32,000 bases of DNA from Sinorhizobium meliloti (GCF_017876815.1 NZ_JAGIOS010000001.1:2850001-2882000), one strand, 5' to 3'; shown: positions 1-8,386, counted from the stretch's first letter. Numbers and translations are program-made. The notes: generated by a model not told the origin, from the letters alone.

Positions 1-91
1 CTGCCTGGTCGCAGACCATATCGGCCTGGGCAAAGGCTGGGGACACGCAAGCGGCGGATATCGCGGCTGCAACCAACATTTTCCTCAACAT
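1..91 (-). CDS. Partial CDS (N-terminus only): secreted/periplasmic protein of unknown function
   Basis: Minus strand has ATG at 91..89 preceded by GGAGG with a 6-nt spacer. Translation is MLRKMLVAAAISAACVSPAFAQADMVCDQA, a typical Sec signal peptide with AFA-QA. The ORF runs off the window edge. Confidence 0.5.
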   Translation of the reverse strand, partial: MLRKMLVAAAISAACVSPAFAQADMVCDQA

Positions 92-325
92 CTGTAACCT
101 CCAGTTTCGTCGCTTCATGCGATACACGGCTCCAAACCGCCGAGGGACCGATCAGTTCCTTGCAGCAGGCTGCAGGTGCTCCCGCACGGGAAGCCGCTAC
201 ACACTTTTCCCGGAAATGCTCCAAGCGCGCAGTGATGCCGCGGCAGATGCGTACGGCATTGAGAATCGCGACGGCGTCGCTATGGTGCCAGCGAGGCTCA
301 GGCCTTCGAGCGAGGGCGAAATCCG

Positions 326-1279
326 ATGCCACCAACACGCCGTAAGCTGACCACCATCTTCTGTGCCGACGTGCAGGACTATTCGCGCCTGATGGGCAAA
401 GACGAGGAGGGAACGCTTGCGGCTCTCAAGCGCAGCCGGGATGCCATGGCGCGCCTGATCGAGGCGCGTGAGGGACGGGTGGTCAACACCTGGGGCGACG
501 GGGTGATCGCGGAGTTTCCGAGCGTAGTCGAGGCGGTGAGGGCGGCGATAGACGTTCAGAACGAGTTGGCCGGACTGAATGCCGAACGGCACGGCGAGGC
601 GCGGATGGATTATCGCATCGGCCTCAATCTCGGCGATGTGATCGCTGACGGCGACGACCTTTACGGCGACGGCGTCAATATCGCGGCCCGCCTGCAAGCC
701 TCGGCACCGGCCGGTGGCATCGTGATTTCGAGCACCGTCTATGATCAGGTTCGCAACAAGCTGGCCGTCGGCTTCGAATTCCTTGGCGCGCTGACGGTCA
801 AGAATATCGACGGGGGCGTTCCGAGTTATGTGGTCCAGATCGGAACGGCCGAGGGCACGGTGTCGCACAAAGGGGGCAGCGACTGGGGGCGACCGGGTGC
901 ACTTTCGGACCGCGGGACCCCGGCCGCCGACACCGGGGCAGGGCGAGCGACGATCGTCGAACGCACAGCGGCAGGCCGTCGCCTTTTTGGCGTCCTCGCC
1001 GTAGCCGCAGCGGCGGTCGTTGCCGTAAATCTGCTTTCCTGGGAGGGAACGTTCTGGGCCAGATGGCCCCTATTTGCGCTGGCCTTGATCGGGGTGCTCC
1101 GTTGCCTATGGACGTCCACGCGGCTCGACCGCGGGCTCGCCCTGCTCGGGGCAGCCGGATTTGCGGTCCTTGCGGTCAATCTCCTTTCCTGGGAGGGGAG
1201 ATTCTGGGCGGTATGGCCTCTGCTTGGAATTGCGGTTGCGGCGGGAATTCGGTGGGTCACGCGCCGTCCCGTGCAGTGA
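326..1279 (+). CDS. Class III adenylate/guanylate cyclase with C-terminal duplicated two-helix membrane module
   Basis: 317-aa ORF. Cyclase catalytic-domain motifs are present: TIFCADVQDYSRLMG, VNTWGDGVIAEF, GDDLYGDGVNIAARL. The C-terminus carries two tandem hydrophobic hairpins with the repeated AVNLLSWEG-FWA-WPL. Confidence 0.85.
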   Translation: MPPTRRKLTTIFCADVQDYSRLMGKDEEGTLAALKRSRDAMARLIEAREGRVVNTWGDGVIAEFPSVVEAVRAAIDVQNELAGLNAERHGEARMDYRIGLNLGDVIADGDDLYGDGVNIAARLQASAPAGGIVISSTVYDQVRNKLAVGFEFLGALTVKNIDGGVPSYVVQIGTAEGTVSHKGGSDWGRPGALSDRGTPAADTGAGRATIVERTAAGRRLFGVLAVAAAAVVAVNLLSWEGTFWARWPLFALALIGVLRCLWTSTRLDRGLALLGAAGFAVLAVNLLSWEGRFWAVWPLLGIAVAAGIRWVTRRPVQ

Positions 1280-1434
1280 GCACCGGCTCGCATAGGTTAA
1301 GCGGCGGAAGGGATGCGGTGTAACCGGAAGTTGACGGGACTCGGCAAGCCGTGCATTGTGCGCGCCAGGGAAGATAAAGCCCAGCAGGCATTCGTATCGG
1401 GACGACGTTCAGATAAACCTTTTCGGGGGGCACT

Positions 1435-2379
1435 GTGGGGAGAGGCCGGGAGTTCCTTTGTGCGGCGGCGCTGGCGTTGGCCGTGGCTGCGCCGGCAGCG
1501 GCGGCGGATCTGGTGATCGCAATGCCGCCCTGGCCATCCGGACAGGCAGCCGCGAATATTCTCAAGCTCGGCATCGCCAAGAAATTCAGCCTTGAGGCGG
1601 AGGTGCGCGAACTCGGGACGCTGACCGCCTTCATCGGCCTCGAAAAGGGGGAGGTCGATATCCAGCCGGAGGTTTGGCGGCCGAATTTCGACGAACTCGT
1701 CCGCAAATTCGTGACCGAAAAAGGCGTCGTGACGCTTAGCGAGCGTGCGGTACCGGCATGGCAGGGGATTTGCGCCACGCCGGAAGCGGCTGCGACGATC
1801 AAGTCCGTCGCGGATCTCGGCGATCCGGCCAAGACCAAGATCCTGGATACCGACGGCGACGGGCGCGGCGAAATGTGGATCGGTGCCGCCGAATGGCTTT
1901 CGACGGGCATCGAACGGGCGCGGGCGGCGGGCTACGGCTATGCGGCGAACCTGACGCTCGTCGAGGCCAAGGAGGAAGTAGCGATGGCGGCGGTCGACGC
2001 GGCGATCGCGACCGCGCGGCCGATGGTCTTCTACTGCTACGCTCCGCACCACGTTTTCAAACTGCACCAGATCTCCCGGCTCGAGGAGCCGCCTCACGAC
2101 CCGGCGAAATGGAAGATCGCGCCGCCGAACGACCCGCTATGGGTCAGCAAGTCGAGCGCCGCCACGGCCTGGGACGCCGGGCAGTTTCAGATCGGCTATG
2201 CGACGGCCTTCGCAAAGAAGCATCCGGAAGTCGCGCAGTTCCTTCAGAAGGTGGACTTCTCGCCGGATGAAGTGACGGCGATGAGCTATGCGCTCGAAGT
2301 CGAGCGACAGGCCCCTGCGGACTACGCCAGGAAATGGGTTGAAAGCCACGCGGAACGGATCGACGGATGGGCGAAATGA
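1435..2379 (+). CDS. Periplasmic substrate-binding protein, glycine betaine/choline (OpuAC/ProX-like) family; orphan, with no adjacent permease or ATPase
   Basis: 314-aa ORF with GTG start. Signal peptide is LCAAALALAVAAPAAAADL. The overall pattern (PPWPSGQAAANILK..., Trp-rich pocket residues) resembles quaternary-amine binding proteins. Family assignment is by recognition only. Confidence 0.75.
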   Translation: MGRGREFLCAAALALAVAAPAAAADLVIAMPPWPSGQAAANILKLGIAKKFSLEAEVRELGTLTAFIGLEKGEVDIQPEVWRPNFDELVRKFVTEKGVVTLSERAVPAWQGICATPEAAATIKSVADLGDPAKTKILDTDGDGRGEMWIGAAEWLSTGIERARAAGYGYAANLTLVEAKEEVAMAAVDAAIATARPMVFYCYAPHHVFKLHQISRLEEPPHDPAKWKIAPPNDPLWVSKSSAATAWDAGQFQIGYATAFAKKHPEVAQFLQKVDFSPDEVTAMSYALEVERQAPADYARKWVESHAERIDGWAK

Positions 2380-3065
2380 CGATGATCCAGACGCTCTCGA
2401 AAAGACAGGCAGGCCGCCGTAAATTCGGCAAGGCGCTGCTTCTCCTCGGTCTTTGCCTCGTTCCGCTTGCAGCGCTTGCCCAAACGCAGATCTACGATTC
2501 CAAGACGAAGAAATGGGTGAACTACGACAAGAGGAAAGCGCGGCAATATTTTGCGCGAAACAATCAGGTTCCCGAGGCCTTTCGCCGGCAGATGGTGCCG
2601 TTCCGCACGGCCGAAGTCCCGGGCACGATCATCATCGATGGCAACCAGCATTTCCTCTATCTCGTGCAGCCCGGCGGTCAGGCCATTCGCTACGGTATCG
2701 GCGTAGGCCGCGAAGGTTTCGGCTGGGCGGGCATCGTTCGGGTGGGGCGCACGGCCGAGTGGCCGACCTGGACGCCGCCGCCCGAGATGGTCGCGCGCGA
2801 TCCGAACGCGGCAAAATGGGCAGGCGGCATGCCGGGCGGGCCTGACAATCCGCTAGGCGCTCGCGCGCTCTACCTTTACGAAGGTGATAACGATACGATC
2901 TACCGCATCCATGGTACGGTGGAGCCCTGGACGATCGGGCTGGACGTTTCCTCCGGGTGCATAAGAATGAACAATGATGACATTATCGACCTGCATTCGC
3001 GCGTCGGGGTGGGCGCGAAGGTCATCGTGCTGATGCAGGGGGCTGCGCTCTATAAGGGCGTGTGA
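2367..3065 (+). CDS. L,D-transpeptidase (YkuD domain)
   Basis: 232-aa ORF with a signal peptide (ALLLLGLCLVPLAALAQTQ). YkuD catalytic motif is IHGTVEPWTIGLDVSSGCIRMNNDDI (His...Cys). The in-frame ATG at 2376 forms an ATGA overlap with the upstream stop (2377..2379) and may be the real start. Confidence 0.85.
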   Translation: MGEMTMIQTLSKRQAGRRKFGKALLLLGLCLVPLAALAQTQIYDSKTKKWVNYDKRKARQYFARNNQVPEAFRRQMVPFRTAEVPGTIIIDGNQHFLYLVQPGGQAIRYGIGVGREGFGWAGIVRVGRTAEWPTWTPPPEMVARDPNAAKWAGGMPGGPDNPLGARALYLYEGDNDTIYRIHGTVEPWTIGLDVSSGCIRMNNDDIIDLHSRVGVGAKVIVLMQGAALYKGV

Positions 3066-3133
3066 CCGGCCGAAACGCGGCCGGACGGGCGAGAGCGCGA
3101 AGATACGGGCTATATGTGCCAAGACCGGAGGAT

Positions 3134-3451
3134 GTGGATTTGTCGACGAGTAACGTGGGAAGCCGTCCAATTCAAGCGTCTGTGGTGGCTGCGGCCTTGC
3201 TTCTTGCCGCATGCCAATCGAACCCTGAGCCTCAGGAAATGGCCCGCACGAGCCTCCAGACAGCCCCCGCCGACCTCCAGCTCCTGTGCGCCAATGCCGT
3301 GGTCGCCCAGGCCGGCGGCGCCAAGGTCCTGCCGATGAGTTCTCGACAGCTCGATGCGACGAGCTACAGCGTCGACCTCGATGCCGCCGGTCGCAAGTTT
3401 ACCTGCATCGTGGACAGCAGCGGCAGCGTGAAGTCGGTCCAGCCGGCATAG
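3134..3451 (+). CDS. Small putative lipoprotein, unknown function
   Basis: The ORF frame is open from 3062. Lipobox-like AAALLLAAC/QS follows a short N-region. The start is uncertain: GTG 3134 or GTG 3155. The ATG 3062 form adds an Arg-rich, non-protein-like leader. Confidence 0.45.
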   Translation: MDLSTSNVGSRPIQASVVAAALLLAACQSNPEPQEMARTSLQTAPADLQLLCANAVVAQAGGAKVLPMSSRQLDATSYSVDLDAAGRKFTCIVDSSGSVKSVQPA

Positions 3452-3467
3452 CTCTTGAGACGGGCGT

Positions 3468-3502
3468 ATCCGGGCGAAAACCTCTTTCCGGATTCTCTTT
3501 TG
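3468..3502 (+). terminator. Weak terminator-like hairpin after the lipoprotein gene
   Basis: ATCCGG(3468-3473)...CCGGAT(3488-3493) forms a 6-bp stem with a 14-nt loop, followed by the T-rich TCTCTTTTG. Confidence 0.3.
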
Positions 3503-3631
3503 CGGCGCAGTATAAATGTTGCGATGCAAGAAAAATAAAGAATAGAGTTCTCCTTCGGCAGTTATTCTGCGAATTTTCTTCCAAAAACGCGAAAATTGTG
3601 TTCTGATACCATTGTGGGTAGGAGGAGCACT

Positions 3632-3733
3632 ATGTCCACGATCATACAGCACTTCGCTCTTTTCGACTTGCTTATCTTGGCCGGGATTTCGTTTCTCTTG
3701 GTCTGCAGCTATTTCGACGAGGGTGAAGCTTAA
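3632..3733 (+). CDS. Candidate 33-aa single-pass small membrane protein (not in ORF track, <60 aa)
   Basis: ATG 3632 to TAA 3731-3733 encodes MSTIIQHFALFDLLILAGISFLLVCSYFDEGEA. AGGAGGAG at 3620-3627 sits 4 nt from the ATG. An AT-rich putative promoter region lies upstream. Confidence 0.35.
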   Translation: MSTIIQHFALFDLLILAGISFLLVCSYFDEGEA

Positions 3734-3949
3734 ATATCAGGAGACATTTGCCGCCTCCTGCTGACCGGAGCGCATCCGGGCCGATCGTTGGCATTTCAAG
3801 CCGCGACGACCGCTGTTTTTGACGCTGTTACCCGGAGCGCGAACTCCTCGACGCCGTCAGGCTGCCACCGGTACTCCATCGCTACTGGCATCAGTTCCGG
3901 GTCGCTGCCGCCTATCCGAGCGGTGCAGCCCTTATGAATTCGCGGCCGC

Positions 3950-3996
3950 CCCCTCATCCGCCTGAAAGCACCTTCTCCCCGCAGGCGGGGCGAAGG
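3950..3996. repeat. Palindromic intergenic repeat unit (RIME/Sm-repeat-like REP element), single copy
   Basis: CCCCTCATCCGCCTGAAAGCACCTTCTCCCCGCAGGCGGGGCGAAGG. The same unit occurs at 5382-5428 and, inverted, at 5496-5542 and 16616-16662. The core hairpin is CCCCGC-AxG-GCGGGG. Confidence 0.8.
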
Positions 3997-4125
3997 AGAC
4001 GGCGCGGCTCCGCACTCGTTTGCCCGGTCGAAGGCACGGTCGAGAGCTCAGCAAGATAGGTCAGGAATATTGACTTAAATATTGCGCTGTGTTCATGTCC
4101 CTCGGGTGCAACCGGGAGGACCTCC

Positions 4126-5352
4126 ATGCTGGATTGGGAAAGCATTTTCGCCACGCGCTCGAGCCGGATGAAGGCTTCGGAGATCCGCGAATTGCTGAAG
4201 CTGCTCGATCGCCCCGACATCATTTCCTTTGCGGGCGGAATTCCCGATCCGGAGCTTTTTCCGAATGATGCGTTCAGAGAGGCTTACGCCGAGATTTTCG
4301 GTGGGCCGTCGGTCGGTGCCGCGCTGCAATATTCGATAAGCGAGGGCTATCGCCCGCTTCGCGAGTGGCTCGCCGGGCAGATGGCGGCACTTGGCATTCC
4401 GGCGAGCGTCGACAACATCTTCATCACCTCCGGGTCGCAGCAGGGGCTCGACTATCTCGGCAAGCTGTTTCTGTCGCCGAAAGACACGGCGCTCGTCACC
4501 TGGCCGACCTATCTCGGTGCGCTGCAGGCCTTCAACGCCTATGAACCTAGCTACGATCAGCTGAACCCCGCCGGTAACCGGACGCCGGCAGCCTATGCCC
4601 AGGCCGCAGCGGAAGCGGGCGGGCGCGTCAAGTTCGCCTATCTCTCGGCCGACTTCGCCAACCCGACCGGCGAGACGGTGGGCCGCGCCGGGCGCGAGCG
4701 CGTCCTCGAACTTGCCGAGGAGCTCGACATCGCCATCATCGAGGATGCGGCCTACCAGTCGCTGCGTTATGACGGCGAGGCGATCCCGCCGATCCTTGCA
4801 CTTGAGATCGCCCGCAAAGGCGACATAAACAGCACCCGCACGATCTATTGCGGCAGCTTCTCGAAGACACTGGCGCCTGGCCTTCGCGTCGGCTGGATCT
4901 GCGCCGCCGAACCGGTGATCCGCAAGCTGGTGCTGATGAAGCAGGCCGCCGACCTTCACTCCTCCACGATCAACCAGATGGCGATCGCGACCGTTGCCGA
5001 GCGCGGCTTCGAGGAGCAGGTGGCCAAGATCCACAAGGCCTACCGGCAGCGGCGTGACGCGATGCTGTCGGCGCTCGAAAAATACATGCCCGCCGGCGTC
5101 ACCTGGACGAAGCCCGAAGGCGGCATGTTCATCTGGGTGACGCTGCCGAAGGGGAGCGACGGCGCTGAGCTGCTCGCCAAGTCGATCCAGACGGCCAAGG
5201 TGGCTTTCGTCCCCGGCCGCGCCTTCTTCGCCGACGGCTCCGGCGAAAACACCCTGCGGCTCAGCTTCTCCTGCGCCAACGACAGGATGATCGACGAGGG
5301 CATCCGCCGGCTGGGCGATCTCGTTCGCGGCGAGGTCGCGCAGGCGGCCTAG
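4126..5352 (+). CDS. PLP-dependent aminotransferase (class I/II, 2-aminoadipate/aromatic aminotransferase-like)
   Basis: 408-aa ORF. The N-terminal SEIRELLKL...ISFAGGIPDPELFP is typical of this family. SFSKTLAPGLRVGW contains the PLP-lysine motif. GGGAGG SD lies upstream of ATG 4126. Confidence 0.9.
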   Translation: MLDWESIFATRSSRMKASEIRELLKLLDRPDIISFAGGIPDPELFPNDAFREAYAEIFGGPSVGAALQYSISEGYRPLREWLAGQMAALGIPASVDNIFITSGSQQGLDYLGKLFLSPKDTALVTWPTYLGALQAFNAYEPSYDQLNPAGNRTPAAYAQAAAEAGGRVKFAYLSADFANPTGETVGRAGRERVLELAEELDIAIIEDAAYQSLRYDGEAIPPILALEIARKGDINSTRTIYCGSFSKTLAPGLRVGWICAAEPVIRKLVLMKQAADLHSSTINQMAIATVAERGFEEQVAKIHKAYRQRRDAMLSALEKYMPAGVTWTKPEGGMFIWVTLPKGSDGAELLAKSIQTAKVAFVPGRAFFADGSGENTLRLSFSCANDRMIDEGIRRLGDLVRGEVAQAA

Positions 5353-5381
5353 GCGGAAGTCGCGGCGGGCTCTGGGTATTG

Positions 5382-5542
5382 CCCCTCATCCGGCTGCCGC
5401 CACCTTCTCCCCGCAAGCGGGGAGAAGGGACAAGCGGCATTCACTCAGTTCCGATGAACGGTTGCGGAGAAATTTCGAGCGGCTACCGCGAGTCTCCTTC
5501 GCCCCGCTTGCGGGGAGAAGGTGCCGGCAGGCGGATGAGGGG
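5382..5542. repeat. Composite repeat: two ~47-nt palindromic units in inverted orientation flanking a ~67-nt spacer (MITE/RIME-like)
   Basis: Unit at 5382-5428 is CCCCTCATCCGGCTGCCGCCACCTTCTCCCCGCAAGCGGGGAGAAGG. Unit at 5496-5542 is CCTTCGCCCCGCTTGCGGGGAGAAGGTGCCGGCAGGCGGATGAGGGG. The composite lies between convergent genes. Confidence 0.85.
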
Positions 5543-5573
5543 CGGCCGCGGATCCAGAAAGTGCTGCCGTCAC

Positions 5574-6623
5574 TCAGATATGCGGCCCGAGCAGCGACAG
5601 ATCGGCTTCGCCGAGGCGGTCCTTGGCGGTCCAGAGCTGATGCCAATAGGGATAGAGCACCGGCGGCAGGCTGACGGCGTCGAGGAGTTCGCGTTCCTCG
5701 TCGGTGAGCTTCAGGCCGGCGGCGGCGAGATTGTCGCGGAACTGGTCCTCGGTGCGCCCGCCGATGATCACCGAGGTGACGGCATCGCGGCCGATAAGCC
5801 AGGCGAGCGCGATCTGCGCCGGGGACACGTTGCGCTCGGCGGCGATCGCCACCAGCATGTCGACGATCTTCCACAGCCGTTCCTCGTCGCGGATCGGCGG
5901 CTCGTTCCAGCCGGCAAGCTGGCGGGTGCCTTCCGGCGACTGTCCGCGCCTGTGCTTGCCTGACAGAAGGCCGCCCGCAAGCGGGCTCCAGACGAGGATG
6001 CCGAGACCCTGGTCGATCGAGATCGGGACCAGTTCGTACTCGGCCTCGCGTGCTTCGAGCGTGTAATGAATCTGTTGGCTGACGAAGCGCTGGCGATGTT
6101 CGAGCGCACTGATACCGAGTGCCTTCATGATGTGCCAGCCGGAATAGTTGGAGCAGCCGATATAGCGCACCTTTCCCTGGCGCACGAGCGTATCGAGCGC
6201 TTCCATCGTTTCCTCGAGCGGCGTCTGGCCGTCCCATTCATGCACCTGGTAGAGGTCGATCACATCGGTCTTCAGCCGCTTGAGGCTCGCCTCGCAGGCG
6301 CTGATCAGGTGATGGCGCGAAAGACCGCCGTCATTCGGACCCGGGCCCATGGAGAAGCGTGCCTTGGTGGCGATGAGCACACCGTCCTTGCGCTTTCCGC
6401 CGAGAACCTCGCCGATGATCTCCTCGCAGGCGCCGGTCGAATAGATGTCCGCCGTATCGATCAGATTGACGCCCGCATCCAGGCAGAGGTCGACATAGCG
6501 GCGGGCGTCCGCGATGCCGACATCGCCGACCTGGGCGAACTTGCCGCCGCCGCCGATCGTCATCGTGCCCATGGTGATGGTCGAGATCTTGAGCCCGGAG
6601 CGGCCGAGCCGACGATATTCCAT
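5574..6623 (-). CDS. Aldo/keto reductase family oxidoreductase
   Basis: 349-aa ORF. The N-terminus MEYRRLGRSGLKISTITMGTMTIGG and the motifs IDTADIYS, LYQVHEWD and IGCSNY are characteristic of AKRs. AAGGAG SD sits 7 nt upstream. Confidence 0.9.
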   Translation of the reverse strand: MEYRRLGRSGLKISTITMGTMTIGGGGKFAQVGDVGIADARRYVDLCLDAGVNLIDTADIYSTGACEEIIGEVLGGKRKDGVLIATKARFSMGPGPNDGGLSRHHLISACEASLKRLKTDVIDLYQVHEWDGQTPLEETMEALDTLVRQGKVRYIGCSNYSGWHIMKALGISALEHRQRFVSQQIHYTLEAREAEYELVPISIDQGLGILVWSPLAGGLLSGKHRRGQSPEGTRQLAGWNEPPIRDEERLWKIVDMLVAIAAERNVSPAQIALAWLIGRDAVTSVIIGGRTEDQFRDNLAAAGLKLTDEERELLDAVSLPPVLYPYWHQLWTAKDRLGEADLSLLGPHI

Positions 6624-6659
6624 TGTCTCGCTCCTTGTGTTTTTGGTCGAGTAGGGATG

Positions 6660-7334
6660 TTAGAGGAATCTCGCGGGTATCGCGTCCTTATAGGGAAAGA
6701 GCGGGAAATAAGGCCGCGCCTCGGCCAGCGTGCGCTGGAAGGAGGGGCGCTCCAGCAGGCGCTCGAAATAGGCGCCGAGGCTTGGATGCGTGCCGTCGAA
6801 CGGGGCCACGATCCCGGCATAGAAGAGGGCGGGCGCGGCGGCGCAGTCGGCGATCGAGAAGCTTTCCCCAGCGGCAAAGCGCCGGTCCCTGAAGTGGCGT
6901 TCGGCAAGATCATAGGCGGTCGCGAGCGACGCTTGCGCATCGGCGACGCCGCGCCGGTCGTTCTCGCCGGAAGCGCGGAGCGTGTCGGTCACGATCTTCT
7001 GCATCGGCACCTGGACGTAAAGGTCGAAGAAGCGGTCCCAGAGCCGCGCCTCGAGCGCCAGGGCGTCGTCGCGCGGGATCAGCGGCTGCGCTCCGGGGTA
7101 ATGCTGGTCGAGATATTCGATGATCACCGAGGTTTCCGGCACCGTCCTGTCGCGCGCACTGTCGTGCAACACGGGGATCTTGCCGACCGGCCAGACCTCC
7201 AGATAGCGCGCATGCTCCGCCGGGTTCCCGAGGTCCACGATCTGCGGCTTGAACGGAGTGCCGGCTTCGTAAAGCGCGATCAGCACCTTGTGACAGAAGG
7301 ATGCGAGCGGATGAAGATAGAGGGTGAGCGTCAT
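6660..7334 (-). CDS. Glutathione S-transferase family protein
   Basis: 224-aa ORF. It has an N-terminal thioredoxin-like GST fold pattern (LYLHPLASFCHKVLIALYEAG...VWPVGKIPVL...ETSVIIEYL). AAGGAA SD is present. Its stop lies 36 nt upstream of the AKR gene start on the same strand, so they are probably an operon. Confidence 0.9.
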   Translation of the reverse strand: MTLTLYLHPLASFCHKVLIALYEAGTPFKPQIVDLGNPAEHARYLEVWPVGKIPVLHDSARDRTVPETSVIIEYLDQHYPGAQPLIPRDDALALEARLWDRFFDLYVQVPMQKIVTDTLRASGENDRRGVADAQASLATAYDLAERHFRDRRFAAGESFSIADCAAAPALFYAGIVAPFDGTHPSLGAYFERLLERPSFQRTLAEARPYFPLFPYKDAIPARFL

Positions 7335-7552
7335 GCGACATTTCCTTGGGCCAAACCCCCAGTGACTATAGCGCGGATTCGGGAAGGGAAAAGTACGCTT
7401 GTCCGCAACGCCCTCGGTGGAAGTCCGTCATCGGCCTGGTCGAGGTGACGGCGCGCGGCCGCGTTGTGGGTCTGGGGGCTGCAAAGGCGCAGGAAAAGGG
7501 ATCGCAGTGTCGAAGGAAACGCCGCAGAGGGGACAGAGCGACTTCACGCATG

Positions 7553-7576
7553 AAAACGACGCGCAAGGGCGCGTCG
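7553..7576 (-). terminator. Intrinsic terminator downstream of rpsU
   Basis: On the minus strand, CGACGCGC-CCTT-GCGCGTCG forms an 8-bp perfect stem followed by TTTTC, about 75 nt after the rpsU stop. Confidence 0.6.
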
Positions 7577-7649
7577 CAAAGTGGTACCAGCCTACAGCGG
7601 CAGACGTGCAAAGATCGCCGCAGCTGTTGTGCAGCCGGAGCGGCGCGCC

Positions 7650-7886
7650 TCAGCGCGCGCGGGCGACTTTCTTCGGCGACGGCAGCAGGCCTTCTCGCTG
7701 AAGCTTCTTGCGCGCCAGCTTGCGGGTGCGGCGGACAGCTTCGGCCTTTTCGCGGACGCGCTTTTCGGACGGCTTTTCGTAGGCGCTGCGCATCTTCATT
7801 TCGCGGAAGACGCCTTCACGCTGCATCTTCTTCTTGAGAACGCGAAGAGCCTGGTCGATGTTGTTGTCCCTGACGAGTACCTGCAA
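7650..7886 (-). CDS. rpsU: 30S ribosomal protein S21
   Basis: The 78-aa [46 protein letters not shown]... is unmistakably S21. The initiation codon is TTG (plus strand CAA at 7884-7886). An in-frame stop 7 codons upstream excludes any ATG/GTG alternative. Confidence 0.95.
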
Positions 7887-7928
7887 AGTAGATCCTTTCC
7901 GTATTTATGGGATTGCTGATTGGGTTCT

Positions 7929-8216
7929 TTATTTCGGCGTCCTGATGCTCAAGGGTTTGAACCAGGGCTTACCGTCGAGCGATGCCGCCTGGCCATGTTC
8001 CTGAACCGGCGAAGCCGTTTCCGAAGGATCGATGTCGTGTTCGAAGATGCGCCGCTCGAAGTTCTCCGCTCCGAACCGCACCCGATACTGCGCTTCCCCA
8101 TGTTCGGCCGCGGGCAGGATCGACACGATGCGGCAGGTCCGGTCCGCAGCAGCCGTGCGCGTGAGATCGGCTCTCAGGACGACACTGTCGCCAACGCTGT
8201 AGGTGTTCCGGCCCAT
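7929..8216 (-). CDS. Conserved hypothetical protein, the middle gene of the cspA-orf-rpsU cold-shock operon
   Basis: The ORF is open to GTG 8240. The ATG at 8216 (MGRNTYSVGDSVVL...) has AAGGAG 6 nt upstream and is preferred. Its position between cspA and rpsU matches the tricistronic cold-shock operon described for S. meliloti. Confidence 0.65.
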   Translation of the reverse strand: MGRNTYSVGDSVVLRADLTRTAAADRTCRIVSILPAAEHGEAQYRVRFGAENFERRIFEHDIDPSETASPVQEHGQAASLDGKPWFKPLSIRTPK

Positions 8217-8258
8217 GGCCATCTCCTTCGTCCATGCCACCCGGAGGGCGGCACAAGC

Positions 8259-8285
8259 AAAAAAGGCCGGGCGTTACCCCGACCT
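8259..8285 (-). terminator. Intrinsic terminator/attenuator between cspA and the downstream operon genes
   Basis: The minus strand reads GGTCGGGGTAACGCCCGGCC followed by TTTTTT (plus-strand A6 at 8259-8264). A second hairpin without a U-tract lies at 8299-8318 (GCGCGTC-N6-GACGCGC). Confidence 0.55.
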
Positions 8286-8386
8286 CCTCTTGAGCGCCGC
8301 GCGTCTTTTCAGACGCGCTAGGGCGCCCCCGTCATTCAAACGCTCCCTGCCAGTACATCCGTGGTCAGCGGAGGCGAATGACGAAT

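Noticed and set aside
5379-6237. ORFs 5379-5963 (+) and 5386-6237 (-) running through the repeat cluster
   Set aside because: Their N- or C-termini are translations of the palindromic repeat (PSPRKRGEG, RLRGEGAGRRMRGG), and the remainder overlaps the AKR gene. They are a known type of repeat-derived false ORF.
6066-7448. 460-aa plus-strand ORF
   Set aside because: It is antisense to the well-supported aldo/keto reductase and GST genes. Its composition is Arg/Ala/Gly-rich, it has no recognisable motifs and it lacks an SD. It is a typical high-GC shadow ORF.
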